NCBI RefSeq assembly: GCF_004010195.1
Contig: NC_057719.1
Location: 69,626,401 to 69,690,400, forward strand
Reading direction: 5' to 3'
DNA from: Chiloscyllium plagiosum
Taxonomy: Eukaryota
DNA length: 64,000 bases
The notes beneath the pieces were generated by a model. That model was not told the origin of the DNA, ran no database searches, and saw only the letters and a list, made by a program, of their open reading frames with translations. Positions 36,234-49,585 of this stretch are shown here, one piece after another; the first letter of the stretch is position 1, and the number at the start of each line of letters is the position of its first letter. A program made the translations under genes and the position numbers.

Positions 36234-38934
36234 AACCCCAAGAAAAGTTGAAGAGCTGCAGGAGAGTACACAGCCTAGGCAGGGGCTTGGTATGGAGTTA
36301 GTGCCTGATCTCTATAAAGAATTCGCCTCTGTGGGTAAAATTTAAACAAAGAACATGGAGAGAAGGGAAATAAGTTATAGTTTTGAGAGATGCAGGATCT
36401 AACCAGTCTCTAATATTAAGAGATGAATGTATTTGCACTCTCTCTGACCTATTACTAGAGATAGTGGTAATTTTTGAGATAGATGGACAGAAATTCAGTG
36501 TTCCCCTATGTAAGATTGTCGGATCCAGGAATACAGTTTGTTCTTGGGAACGATTTAGCAGGATCCAAGGTGGGAATGACCCCCCTTGCTGTGGAGAAAT
36601 CGAAAGAAGACCAGGGAACTGAGGAGTTAAAAGAAAAATACCTTGGAATTTTTCCAAACTGTGTGGTAACAAGATGCTGTTATAAGTCACAGCATGAAGC
36701 AAAAACTAAAGAAAAAGATGAAGGAGTTGAGGTTCAGTTAGCAGATACCCTGTTTGAGGTTATGGTGCAGGAAAAACCTGATCAAGCAGAGGGCCAGACA
36801 GAAGTGTTTAGTCCTGAAAAACTAATGGACTTACAATAGAAAGATGAGACAATAAAAAATAAATGTTGATGCATACTCAGAAAAGGAGGCAGAGAATATT
36901 CCTGAGGGTTATTATCTTGGAGGTAGAATCCTAAGATGAAAATGGAGACCACGGCAGGTTAATGCAGAGGAAAAATGGGTAGAAGTGCACCAGATTGTGT
37001 TGCTGGTAGCATACAGAAAGGAAATGTTATGGGTAGGACATGAACTACCAGTAGGAGGTCACCAAGGGCTACAGCAGACACATGCTCAAGGACAAAAACC
37101 TTTGTGATACCAAAACATCAGAAAGCAAATTAAAACTCTTCAATGTTTGAAATACAAAGATATAAAAGCACAGTGATAGTCTTAGATTAACAGTCTAATT
37201 AGCAAACATGCTTAACATTAGATAATCCCCAAAACAGGAGAAATTATAACTGTTTTCACTTTAATCAAATAAAGTGGCAACACCATAAACAAGAGAAATT
37301 TGCAACTAGGCCTGAGTAGTAGATTTTCATTTTAAATTTATCATTTTAAAGTTATTCTAATTTTTTTTCAACTGTGGCAAACTATCAAGGTCAGAAAACT
37401 ACTGTAAGAAACCATGTTGTATTCTGCACTTTGCAATTATTTAAATGTATTCATCAAGAATTACTGGATAATGAACAACCAGCCAGATATAGTTGATTGA
37501 CAGAGTAGTGCAGCTTCGTTAAGTTCTAATTGAAGAACTGATCATTAATTAGTAGCTATATGAATTAGGCTGGGCTATATATTCAAAAATCTGTAAGCTT
37601 GTTTTAAAGGTGTTAATTGGTTATTGTAACTTCTGCCCATGGGAAAAAATGTGTGATCATTTACAGTTCACTAATTAAAGCCTCCAAGGCCTTTTTAAAG
37701 GTTTAAACAAGAACAAAGTAACCAACAGAGATCAGATGGTGAAAATGCTATGAAAAGTTCCATTGTATTCTCCAATTGGACAATACACACAGTTAGCGGA
37801 AATTCAGTCCAATGCTGTAAGAAAGTTGACTAGTTGGTGAATTACAATGAGCCCAATTCAAGATGAAATAATGGTAATTTAGTGGTTAATAAAACAAGGT
37901 TTCAAGAGATATATTCTGCTCGGCATTTACTGGAAGTTTCTGTGACTGATTTCTGGAAGAGATTGCTGTCATTGAGGTTGTTTTCTCAGGTCTGATTGGG
38001 CTGCATGAAGTTGTAGAGTTGAAGTAGCCTTTTTATTTTAAAATTTCCTACTCAGAGTTCTGCTATGCCTTACTTTTTAAAAATGTTGTCTGAACCAAAA
38101 ATGATTTTTTAAAATGGCAAGTTGAGGTGGCTGAAATCAATTAAGTCAGAGAGAACAAGATCAGATTACATGAATTTTATCAAAAATCTTAGAAATGAAG
38201 CAAACTAACATGTGGCTTACTCTACTGTGTCCAAGTATCTTTTCCCTTCTCCCATTGGATATAAGCTATTTGAATTCATAGGCCTGCAGACACTCTGAAA
38301 AATATAATTACCTAAGAAATATTTTTTCACTATAATCGACACTGTTGTTTATGGCAAAACCCATTAACATACACATATATGTGCCTAGCTTTTCCTAACC
38401 AATGCTGTTGGCATAACAACAATAGCAACTGATTAATATGATGTACTTGACAATTCATGGGACCTCTTTGTAAAAATGCAAGTAAATTCTAAAGGTATAA
38501 AGGAAATGGACACTTAACAGATATCGTCATACACGCTGCGATTATATATTCTCCATTTATCAGAAAATTCATTTAATAATAATCAAGATTCAAGGCTAGC
38601 AGGATGTATTGTGAACATCATTAAATTTCACTATTGTCTACATCTTCACTTTAGATCATCTCTCCTTCATTAGGGTTCCCCATTAAGATACCAAAAGATC
38701 ACCATGGTGATGGTTCAATATGAACCTCCCTTAAACAATTTAAATTTAATTGGAGCAGCTGAAAACAGGTATAACTGATGACTTAGTGAACTTCTAAGTG
38801 GCTATGTTGAGTATCCTGAAAGGAAAACCAAGAGCTTTCATCATTAGAGTCACATACTCAAAAAAGACATTGCAGTGAGTCAGCCTCAGGAGCTTCAGAT
38901 TATAATCATATACCTAGAAACAAATTGTGTGCAC

Positions 38935-39990
38935 TGCAGCCTTTCTCCATTTAAGTAACGTTTTGCTTTTCTGTTCTTCCTGTCAGAGTGGATAATCTCA
39001 TAATATACTCCTATCCGCCAACTTTTTGCCCACTCACTTGACTTATCTTTGTCCCTTAGCAGATTGTTTCTGTTCTCCCCATGATTTGCTTTCTTAACTA
39101 TCTGTAGCTTATCCTGGAAAACAATTTTTCAGTACTATTGCTGGAATGTTGTCAGGACTCTTAACTTTTGTCAATTTTCAGTGTCTTCAGCTGTTCCTTG
39201 ATCATATGGTGTGGATCAAATTTATGGAAGACTGGCATCTATGATGCAGGGGACCTCAGGAGGAAGCCGATTCAGATCGTACTATCAGCACTTCTGGCTG
39301 AAGATGCTTACAAAAACTACAGCCTGGTCTTTTGCACTAAGCTCCCCTATCCTCGTGTATGTGGATATTTGTGGAGTCATTTCCTCCGGTGAGTCTACCA
39401 CTATCCATGGCTAGATGTGGCAAGACTGCAGAGCTCAGACCTGATCCATTGGGTGTGAGATTGCTTAGCTTTGTGCATCACAAGCTGTTCACGTGGCTGT
39501 CATTCACAAAAGTGCTGTAGTTTCACTAAGTTGACACCTCATGTATAGGAGTAAAAGCCGAAAAAACTACAGGTTCTGAGGAAGGGTCACCGGACCCAAA
39601 ATGTTAACTCTGATTTCTCTTCGCAGATGCTGCCAGATCTACTGTGCTTTTCCAGCAACTTCAGTTTTTCTTTCATTTTTAGGAATGTCTGGTGCTGCTC
39701 CTGCATGCTTGCTTATATATTCCATTAAATCAAGGTTGATCCCCGAGCATGGTGGTAATGGTAGAGTGAGGGATATGACGGGGAATTGATTGTGTTTGTT
39801 CATAACTCTGCTGCTGTGGATAGCTAACTCTGTTTGAACACAGTTATGCTGCCACACAACACAATGGAACATATCCTCAATATAAAGGCAGGACTTTGCC
39901 TTCATGAGGACAGTATGATACCGTCAGGGACTGATGCACCTGCTACAGGTAAATTGGTGAGGATGAGGTGAAGTACTGAGAAGCTGCCAT
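38935..39990 (-). mobile_element. Old LINE fragments (CR1-group RT region), heavily decayed
   Basis: Minus-strand remnants of the CR1 region after FADD (38935-39100), and sequence resembling the LINE family of 29498 (GGAATGTTGTCAGG; GGACTTTGCCTTCA). Confidence 0.45.
39550..39680 (+). mobile_element. Short PLE-terminus insertion with hammerhead motif (39573-39608)
   Basis: GTT-CTGAGGA-A-GGGTC-ACCG-GACCC-AAAA-TG-TT-AAC, then CAGATGCTGCCAGA...TTTTCCAGCA. G12 is lost at a CpG. Confidence 0.75.
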
Positions 39991-40334
39991 CCTATTCCAG
40001 ATAGTGATGAGGGAACACATGTTGTTGCACATCAATACTTCAAGTGAACAATATTTATGCTGGTGGGGGCAATATAACAGATAAGTGGAAGTATAAGGTT
40101 AAGTATTCAGTGTTAAATTGTAATGGTTAAAAGGAGTAACAAACTAAATTGGGATGGGGGGAGAAATTTAGAGAAAGGGTTAATGATGTTAATGAATAAC
40201 TACTTAGGATGTGCAAAAGGAACTGCATCATGTTGATACCAGTTCACATGAAATCGGAACTCATGGCTGTTAGTCTTAAGCATGTTCTCTATGACCATGC
40301 CTTGTAAATCAATATGTGTAATAAAGCCTGTCAA

Positions 40335-42065
40335 TGTTCCTTACGTAAAAAGGCCAATAAAATACTATCCTTTCAGTGGATTGAACATAAAATTAAGATG
40401 ATATACTTCTGTTATGCAAGGCATTGGAGAGACTATATCTCCACTGCTGTGTGCAGTTTGGTCTCCTTAAGGAAGGATATAAATGCATTTGTGGTAGTTC
40501 AGGGAAGCTTTAATAGATCAACACCAGGGATGAGTTGGTTGCCTTATGAGGAAAGGTTGGACAGACTGGGCTTGTTAAAAGAGCGAGGGATGACTTGATT
40601 GATCTGTAAGAGATTGTAAATCGTTTTACTCTTTCTAATTTATATGAATGATTTGGATATTGATGTACGGGGTACAATTTCCAAGTTTACAGATGATACG
40701 AACCTTGGATGAATTGTAAACTGCAAGGAGGACAGTGTAGAATGCCAAAAAAAGGTTGACAAGTTGATGGAGAGAACAGATAGGTGGCCAATGAGGTGCA
40801 ATGCAGGGAAGTGTAAGGTGATGCACTTTGGTCAGAAGAACACAAAAGCAATCCAAAATAGAGGGTGTAATTCAAAAGTGAGGGGTGAGGGGGTGGTGTT
40901 AAGGAGTAAAGGGATCTGTTGTATATGTGCATAGATCATTAAATTTAACAGGACAGATGGATCACAGAATAGAACAGTGTCAAAGAGTTCATACAGCAAA
41001 GAAAGGGGCCATTCAGACCATCGAATCTGCAACAATCTTTCAAAAAGCATCCCATCCAGACCCCACTCTATCCTGTGGCCCCACATTTACCATGGTAAAC
41101 CCACCTAGTCTACACATCTCTGGAGACTAGGGGAATATTTAGCATGGCTAATCCACCGAACCTGCACATCTTTGGACTGTGGGAAGAATCTGGAGCACTG
41201 GGCAGAAACCCATGCAGACAAGGGGAGAATGTGCAAACTTCACTCAGACATCACCCAAGGCTAGAATCAAAACCAGTTCCCTGGTGATGTGAGGCAGCAG
41301 TGCTAATTACTGAGTGACCATGCTGCCCATGGAGAGTTCAGCAAATAAAGCACTCAGTGCTCTTGACTTTATTAACTGGGGATAGGGTACAAGAATAAGG
41401 TGATGTTAAACTTGTATAAGCCACTTGTTAGACCTCAGTTGGAGTATTGTGTACAGTTGTGTGCACCACAGTATTGGAAAGATACAGATGTATTCTGGAG
41501 AGAGCAAAAATAACTTACCAGGATGGCTCCACATATGAAAAATTTCAGCTATGAGGATTGATTGAAGATGTTGGGACTGTTCTGCCTGGAGAGAAAGCAG
41601 CTCACAGGAGATCTGATTGAAGTTTTCAAAACCATGAACGGAATGGACAGAGTAGGTAGGGTGACACTGTTTCTGCTTGTAAACAAAACAAAAATGACAG
41701 CACATAAATTTAAAACAATACATTGTACAAATGAAGCAATGGGGAAAAAGTAAGAAGTAATGCAATTTGAGAAAATACTTTGAGAAAATGGGTTGTTAAG
41801 GGTATAAGGAGACTTCTTTTCTCTCAGAGAATTGTGCTATTTTGGAACTATGCCTCAGAAGGTACTGGAGGTAGCAGAGGTCACTGAATATTTTTAAAGC
41901 AGAGGTAGGTAAATTCTTGGAAGAGGAAGGAATGAAAAATTATCTTGGATAGATGGGAATGTGGAATTCAAATCACTAACTGATCAACCATGATCGTATT
42001 GCATGGTAGAGTAAGTTCAAGGGGCCTAATGGTCGACTTCTGTTCCTAATTTGTATGCTTGAATG
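40335..42065 (+). mobile_element. Old CR1 fragments (two 3' pieces), the second interrupted by an HE1 SINE
   Basis: LPYEERLDRLGL; ISKFTDDT; LVRPQLEYCVQL; LTGDLIEVFK; CR1 3' UTR ending near 42060. Confidence 0.85.
40975..41328 (-). mobile_element. HE1-type SINE
   Basis: Reverse complement has the head GGGCAGCATGG...TTAGCACTGCTGCCTCAC, a V-domain and a CR1-like tail. Confidence 0.9.
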
Positions 42066-44544
42066 AATGAGTGGAGACATCACCTTTCTGTATGCAGTGT
42101 ACCAGAGAGGTGAGCAGCTCTTCCATTTTGTACTGAGCATGCATTTAGCCTGTTAAGTCTTCAAAATGGTGGGCATTATCTCTTGCCTGAAAATTGCATA
42201 CTGCTTAGCAAGACTGTGATCTCAGTTTCCTGACACACTGTTGACTATCCCCTATTTTGTAATTCAGGGTATGCTGTTAATGGGCATTATAAGAATCAAT
42301 TAAATTTTACACTACAAATCATTAGTGTTCATAATTTTTTTTATTTTAAGGATTCATGTTTTGCTGTGAGGGGTGATTACTTTTGAGTCCATTTATGGCA
42401 AGGATAATTCCATCGTATTTTAGTTCAGTTCTGCAAGAAGTCTTAACAGACAGTCCCAATTAATGAGAAATCTGTTTAGCACGGCTGTGGCATTCAAGAG
42501 GCATGCCTCCAAATAAAAAAAAGCTTGTAAATAACCTTAATGTTAGAATATTTACTCCTTGAATAAAGTTGCCTCTTGCACATTTTCGACTAAGGCAAGA
42601 ATCAAAAACAACGTGATCTGCATGCACAATGCATCTCTGCACCATGACAGGTGTATCTGCTTGGCAGCGGGTTTAGCAGCACACGTCTGTACTGTCAAAA
42701 CTACCGAATTCTTGCTTGTGAATCTGAGTGAAAGACTGTAGCAAAGAATTGTGCAGCAGTATACTCAACATCAGGCTTAATATTTTGTCTTCATCTTTTG
42801 ATGCACAGTGTATAAAATTAAAAAAGCAATGAAATAAAATGTAGTAAGAACACAATGGAAATCTGTTTCTGAATTACAAGCAACTAATCCATACAATTTG
42901 ACGTGAGCTGAATGTTTACAATAAATGAAATGATGAAGGGAGCTGTATCTATTAAATATCAATCAAACTAAGAGTTACACACACCACATTAGTTATTCTT
43001 ATCTTCTATAACAACAACGTTGTTGCCATACCTACAGATTATACATTTGTACTTTTCACTATATTGGTGACGGATGTCATTCTCTGTCAAATTTCCAATT
43101 AAATAATCTGCAAAGGGGTTAAACGCTAAGAGGTAGTGAATGTAAAAATACTGAATTAAGGAATTTGTATGAGAAATGTAGTGTCAAAGTATTGCTGAAC
43201 AGATGTTTCCTCTTGTGAGATTTCGTGATTAAAGCTCCCTGTATATAGGTTGACAGCTATTGAAAAACATTTATTGCTTGTGCTTCTTGGGTTACCATAG
43301 AAACAGAACAGACTTTTTGAAGAAATGGAAACAGACTCTCACTAAACTATTTTAGATATTTCAAGATTTACTGTGTAGAGGGAGAAAATGTTTCCACATA
43401 TATAATAAAGGAGTACTTTATTAAATGTAGTGAATATCTGGAGATGACAATGTGGTGGTAGGTGGAGAAATTTAGATGCCAATTAAATATAAAAATGCAT
43501 AATCTACTGATGTGAAAGATTGTAATTTCTTATGGTTAGGTAGAACATATTTTGAAACAAAACAAATTTGCAATTATACAGTATGTAACTTATTTAGCAT
43601 GATAGCTCTGTACATTTCAAAAGAAAATTGTAGATATAATTAAACATAAACAAACTGTACTGAATTTGACAGCGTAGGTTTAATCTACCCACTTATTAGC
43701 TTTCTAAAGAACAGCAAGAGTAAGAACAGCATAAATTACATTGAATGATCGAATAATGTTATCAATGTGTGGGTCATTAGAAGATATGTGTGGAAGAATG
43801 TGTTGGCATTCACCCTCGTGGGATATGCCAAATGGATCTTTCATGAGAACCATGTCATCGTGTTTTAATGTGCCTGGAATACAAATTGTATGCATCAGGT
43901 AGTTGAGCAACCATTGATTTTAAATCAGCTACATTTGATTGTTAACATTGGTGTCTCTAAAAGTGATGTGAATTGATCAATGTGTTAGTTCTTAATTATT
44001 GCTTCAATGTTACTGTTGGCATAACAGTATGGTCAACTTAGAAACACTTAAGTGTGCATTTTTATTATTCTTAATATTAAATTAAATTTGTATTAAAACA
44101 TAGTAAAGTCATTCTTTTAACCACGGCATACAAACAGATATCACATATCGTTTATATATTAAGAGGGATAAAATAGGTTACTGGAAAGTTCAAGAATACT
44201 TCACAATACACAAAGCCGGTTTGAACTTTTCAAATGATATTCTAAGGGGACAGCACAGCCATATTGTTTTCTGTTAAGGTATTCTCATTGAAAGTCAGTG
44301 TCTCAAACTGACCAGAGTCCTTTTGCTCCAAATGGAGCATAAACCACAGGTAACTGTTATATCTTTCATATTTTCTAATGTTGTAAAGCAAAAATAAGAT
44401 CCCTTGCTACATTTGAGAAAAGCATGAACAATATATGAGGCAAAATTGCACGGTATTAGCAATGGCTTAGTGGTGAAATTTTTGAGATTGAATTCCCACA
44501 ACAGAAACTTGAGAATTAATTTTGGGCTGGTGGTGGTGGTGGTT

Positions 44545-44845
44545 GTGGAGGGTGAGGGGAAGCGCTGAGAGTTGGTGCATTGTTAAAAGTGCTATCAGAA
44601 TCCATGACACTATTCTGAAGAGAAGCAGGGGATTTCTCTCCAACACCCTGGCTAACAGTTACCCACCATCCAACATGACTTAAACAGATTATCATTGACA
44701 TAAAACTGTTGTGGAAGCTTTTCATGCACAAACTGACTGCCATGTTTCCAACATTTTTCACCGACTACAATTTTGAAGTATTGGCTATAAAGCATATTAG
44801 GATATCCTAAGGTCATAAGAGGAACTTTACAAATGCAAGTTTCTA
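44545..44845 (+). mobile_element. DeuSINE (SacSINE1/AmnSINE1-like) remnant
   Basis: CACTATTCTGAAGAGAAGCAGGGG...AAACAGATTATC...CAAACTGACTGCC...TTGGCTATAAAGC...AAATGCAAGT matches the Deu domain and L2-type tail as recalled. Confidence 0.7.
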
Positions 44846-44952
44846 TGATTTTCTTTATGGTACTCCCACTGCTTTTTCTCCAATAAATTAATACAACTGT
44901 GGTTTCCTGCTTTCCCCAATTTATGCTGCTGAAGACTTCACTTTAGGGTCTT

Positions 44953-45155
44953 AGGATCATAGAGTTAAACAGCATGGAAACAGCTTCGGTCTAACTTATC
45001 CAAACCAAACAGATATCCTAAATTAATCTAGTCCTATTTGATATCATTTGGGCCATATCTCTCTAACCCTTCCAATTCATATACCCATCCAGATGCCTTT
45101 TAAATTTTTAATTGTACTCATCTCCATCACCTTCTCTGGCAACTCGTTCCATACA
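44953..45155 (-). mobile_element. CR1 3' end
   Basis: CATAGAG...ACAGCATGGAAACAG...ATACCCATCCAGATGCC, same family as 33555-33770. Confidence 0.85.
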
Positions 45156-46689
45156 TTTTTTATGAAATTAGCTTCAAGCAAATATACTTTATCAAATACA
45201 AATTCTAATCTGAGTTTCAGTATCACAAATACAAGTTTTTAAATTAATGCCATCAAGGACACACAATGCTATTTGTTTTATTTTGTTATGCAGTATGACC
45301 GTCTCTATGTAGATTCAGATATTAATGAAGGTTGTGAGTCCGAGCAAAGATTATTTATGTCAACATTTCAATGGAATGTCTGGTTATTTGTATTTTCTGC
45401 ATATTAGTTTCAAAGACATAAAGAATAGAAAGAGAAATACTGAAAACGCACAGTTGGCCAATTATGTCTGAAGAACTGTTAGTGAAGTATTAGCCATTCT
45501 TTATCTTTCAAACATTCACAAATGTGAGACATTTTCCAGATTTTGTACCTTTATTTCAGAACTAGTGTATTTATGTTTTTTTTATCTCCACTCTGAAAAT
45601 ATCAACTTCCTATATCATGTGATATATATGGTTCATCATATGTCATGATGGTTTGGCCGTCATTTTGTTTTACAATGTCAACATTTGCCTGTTGACTTTT
45701 GCTTGCCACTGATTTTGTGCAGACAACTACAGTTCAATGCTTCTGCTTTGTATATTAACCTACACACATCACATGCAGGCACAAACTAATAAACTCAAAG
45801 ACAGTTGCTGAACAAAGTGTAACAAATTTGTACAACCATAGAGATTAACAAGGACAAACAAATCTCATTAATCAAACTCGCACAATAGGCAACCACCCAG
45901 ACTTACTGCTTTATACAGAAGAAAACAATGCTTTTGAAAGCAAAGTAATTCATAAGACACCTTGCATTTTCCAAGCAACTTTTAAATTTTTAAACATTTA
46001 ATCTCCAACTCTCTTGTGCTTTTCTTCTCTCTGTTTTTTCAAATAAATGAGCATCAACTAGGTTTCCAACCATGGATAAGAGATTACATAGAATAATTTC
46101 TTCAGGAGTTGAAAAGTTTGTAACACTATTACAAAGTTGGGAAACATATAATCACATTTCTGACTTGTTTTATTCCTAACAGCAAAAAATGAGGCTGGGT
46201 CTGAATCATGTGATGTATTGCATAATTTCTTCTCTAGTAGTGTATACAAGAAACATAACCATTTAAAGGTGGGCCATAACTAATTCTTTCAACTACCCAT
46301 TGGCGGCTATTCTTTCAGTGACCTGGGCTTCATGCTCTGGACTTTTCTCCCTAAAAGCCTCTGCCATTCCATAGCTTTCCCTACTTTTTGCAGGTGATTC
46401 TTAAAGGACTCTATGTAACTGCTTGTAGGGGTTAGGGTAATTAGTGGATAGATGCTGGTCTCTATAAGCATAATTGGCAGCCTTGAAGTCTTGGTCTACA
46501 CCTGATTCGAGGATTAGAGATATCTCCCCTTGATGGAAAAGAATTTTTGAGAAGGGGGTTCTATTTCTTCTAGTCCACACAGGAACTGACAACATAGGTA
46601 GTACTAGAAATGAGATTAAGCTGAGTGATTTTAAAAAGGTTTGGATACAAATGATTAGGCAGAATATCAAAGGTAATAATCTCTGATCA

Positions 46690-46910
46690 CTACCTGAAAC
46701 ATACATAGATTAGCATATGGGAGAACAATTGAGAAGGTTAAATGCATAGCTGAAGGAATGGCGTAGGAGATATAGGTTTCAATTTATGTGCACTTGACTT
46801 ATATATAAATGTGAAAGAGGGAATTGTTCAATTGCAGCAGACTGTAATTAAATTGCTCTGCAACATATGCCTTGGGAAATTGATAACTAGGACTGTAGAT
46901 GGAGCTTTGC
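46690..46910 (+). mobile_element. CR1 ORF1 esterase 3' remnant
   Basis: AATGCATAGCTGAAGGAATGGCGTAGGAGA..GGTTTCAATTTATG resembles NAWLK.WC...GF.FM at 54820-54880. Confidence 0.5.
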
Positions 46911-47732
46911 ATTTTCAAGAGTTAAAAACAAAATGAAATTTACCACTGCCTTGAGCAGTATAGAAAAATGCAATAAATTTGGGAAACTTCAGTGAGAACA
47001 GAAACATCAGATTCTCACTATTGAGAAACAAAATGTTTGATTTTTCCCCTTGGGATGTAAGCAATAAGTTCTGAATCTCACTAATGAGTGGTGACTACCT
47101 TATTATAAAGCAGTTGCATCAACATGCTAGTTCATCACATTTTTACGCAGCTCCCAAATTTCCCCTCCTTCGTAAGAAACAAGAAGATACCAATTCTTGA
47201 CATGAGAGTTCAAGCTCATCATTTGCTTCTCCGGGTCTTCGGACAACCTCTGACTTCACCACAGTTTTTCTGCATGCTCTTTCATTCTTCATCCATGCCA
47301 GTAGCTATTGCCAAACCATTAACCTTATCGCATCTTCAGGACTGCTCTTGGAACAAGTCACACATCACCTCATCCTAACCCTAGCCATAACTCTATAGCT
47401 GTTCAGGACTTCACATGACTTTTACATTTCTGACAAGTTGCTGTGCACTTAGGGATGCACAGGTATCTCATACATTGACACAAAATGTATCTTATGGCTC
47501 TTAGCTTATTTTAGTAGTCCTCATTCACTTTGCGATTAGGTGGAGGCTGCCAGGCTTTTTGACCTGCATTGCTTTTCAGTGAAGAAAATTCAGGTAGTTG
47601 TTTAGAATAATTTGAGGTTAAAGAAGGCGGAATCATGTTGGAATGCTTGCTGGCATGGAGATCTCCTGACCTTGCAATGCTTTGTTGAAAGTCAAAATGG
47701 ATGTCACAAGATCAATGGTTACTGATAAGGGT

Positions 47733-48779
47733 TTATGAAGGGGAAATCATGCTTGACTAATCTTCTGGAATTTTTTGAGGATGTAACTCTGAAGATGGAC
47801 AAGGGAGATCCAGTGGATGTAGTGTACCTGGACTTTCGGAAAGCCTTTGATAAAGTTCCCATAGGAGGTTAGTGAGCAAAATTAGGGCGCATGGTATTGG
47901 GGGCAAGTACTGACTTGGATTGAAAATTGGTTGGCTGACAGGAAACAAAGAGTAGTGATAAACAGCTCCCTTTCGGAATGGCAGGCGATGACCAGTGGGG
48001 TACCGCAGAGATCAGTTCTGGGACCGCAGCTTTTTACAATATATATATTAATGATATAGAAGATGGTATTAATAGTAACATTAGCAAATTTGCTGATGAT
48101 TTGCTGATGATACAAAGCTGGGTGGCAGGGTGAAATGTGAGGAGGATGTTAGGAGATTACAGGGTGACCTGGACAGGTTAGGTGAGTGGACAGATGCATG
48201 GCAGATGCAGTTTAATATGGATAAATGTATGGTTATCCACTTTGGTGGCAAGAACAGAAAGGCAGATTACTACCTAAATGGAGTCAATTTAGGTAAAGGG
48301 GCAGTACAAAGAGATCTGGGTGTTCTTGTACACCAGTCAATGAAGGCAAGCATGCAGGTACAGCAGGTAGTGAAGAAAGCTAATAGCATGCTGGCATTCA
48401 TAACAAGAGGGATTGAGTATAGAAGCAAAGAAGTTCTTCTGCAGCTGTACAGGGCCCTGGTGAGACCACACCTGGAGTACTGTGTGCAGTTCTGGTCCCC
48501 AAATNNNNNNNNNNNNNNNNNNNNNNNNAGAAACTTCTTCACCCAGAGTGTGGTGGGTGTGTGGAATGCTCTGCTCCAGAAGGCAGTGGAGACCCAGTCT
48601 CTGGATTCATTTAAGAAAGAGTTGGATAGAGCTCTCAAGGATAGTGAAATCAAGGGTTATGGAGATAAGGCAGGAACAGGATACTGATTGAGGATGATCA
48701 CCCATGATCATAATGAATGGTGGTGCAGGCTTGAAGGGCAGAATGGCCTACTCCTGCACCTATTGTCTATTGTCTATTT
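47733..48779 (+). mobile_element. 5'-truncated CR1 LINE, second and relatively young subfamily
   Basis: [39 protein letters not shown] (with an 11-bp tandem duplication TTTGCTGATGA), LVRPHLEYCVQFWSP, and tail CCTATTGTCTATTGTCTATT. Contains a 24-N gap at 48505-48528. Confidence 0.96.
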
Positions 48780-48899
48780 TGCTATTTGTCATTTGAGGTG
48801 TGGATTTCAGTGATCTAGGTGTGTGCAGGTTCCCACAATAGATTAGCCATCACATTGTGACAGAATATCAGCAAGATGTTCTCAACCTTAATATATCTT

Positions 48900-49415
48900 A
48901 ATATGTCAATTTCGCAACTTTATGACCTTCTGGGCTTAATATTGAGATCAACACCTTCAAATTGTGAACCAGCTCCCACTCCTTCCCTTTCTTTTAGCTT
49001 TATTTGTTACAATCTCTGTCAAACATGTCCTGTCTCCCCCCCCCATTCCAGTGGGTCTGTCTGTTCTTTCCAGTCTGGCAGGAGATACACCATTGTTCAG
49101 CCATTCACTTAATCTGAACTATCAGCATTGTTTCTCCACCAGCAATCAACACCCCACCGACCCCAGCCCTCCCCCACCCCCAACTATAGCATAAATGCTG
49201 TCCCCTCCACAGTTCACATCAGATCTGATGATGAGTCAGAGACAAAGAAAAACACAGATGCTGGAATCCAAAGTAGACAGGCAGGAGGCTGGAAGAACAC
49301 AGCATGCCAGGCAGAATCAGGAGGTGGAGAAGTTGATGTTTTGGACACGTTAGCTTGCTCTCTCTTCATGGATGCTGCCTGACACGTTGGGATCTCCAGC
49401 ATTTGTTGTTTTCAC
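48900..49415 (+). mobile_element. 3' end of a second PLE type (Neptune-like): GIY-YIG C-terminus, pyrimidine-rich UTR and split hammerhead
   Basis: L*PSGLNIEINTF (about 48919-48958) resembles a PLE C-terminal GLN motif. CTGATGA at 49224, then an inverted related piece (49239-49345), then ACGTTAGC...GGATGCTGCCTGAC...CTCCAGCA. Confidence 0.6.
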
Positions 49416-49424
49416 AACATACTT

Positions 49425-49585
49425 TCCTACCTATGTTTGTAGCATCTATGAGTTTAGCCACCATGCCTACAATCCCCTCATCGAAATCATTGACATAAAT
49501 TGTAAAATGTTGAGGTCCCCAGCATAGACACCTGCAGGACTCCACTCATCGCATCTTGCCAATCAGACAAAGACCCATTTATATG
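49425..49585 (-). mobile_element. Old CR1 RT fragment
   Basis: Minus strand reads SGVLQVSMLG...QHFTIYVNDFDEG (frameshifted). Confidence 0.7.

Larger units (their letters stand above)
33053..37103 (+). mobile_element. 3'-truncated Gypsy LTR retrotransposon, Gmr1-like domain order (gag, protease, integrase)
   Basis: Capsid/SCAN-like gag (FISFEKLA...YEEVKQAILSAYELVPEEY..WFR...EIILLEEFKNS), zinc knuckle CFHCGKVGH (about 36082), protease LRDAGS, then the integrase zinc-binding start HQIVL...HELPVGGH (36990-37063) with no RT in between. Confidence 0.88.

Noticed and set aside
44526..44552. (GGT)n tract giving a poly-Pro ORF end
   Set aside because: Short ordinary microsatellite.
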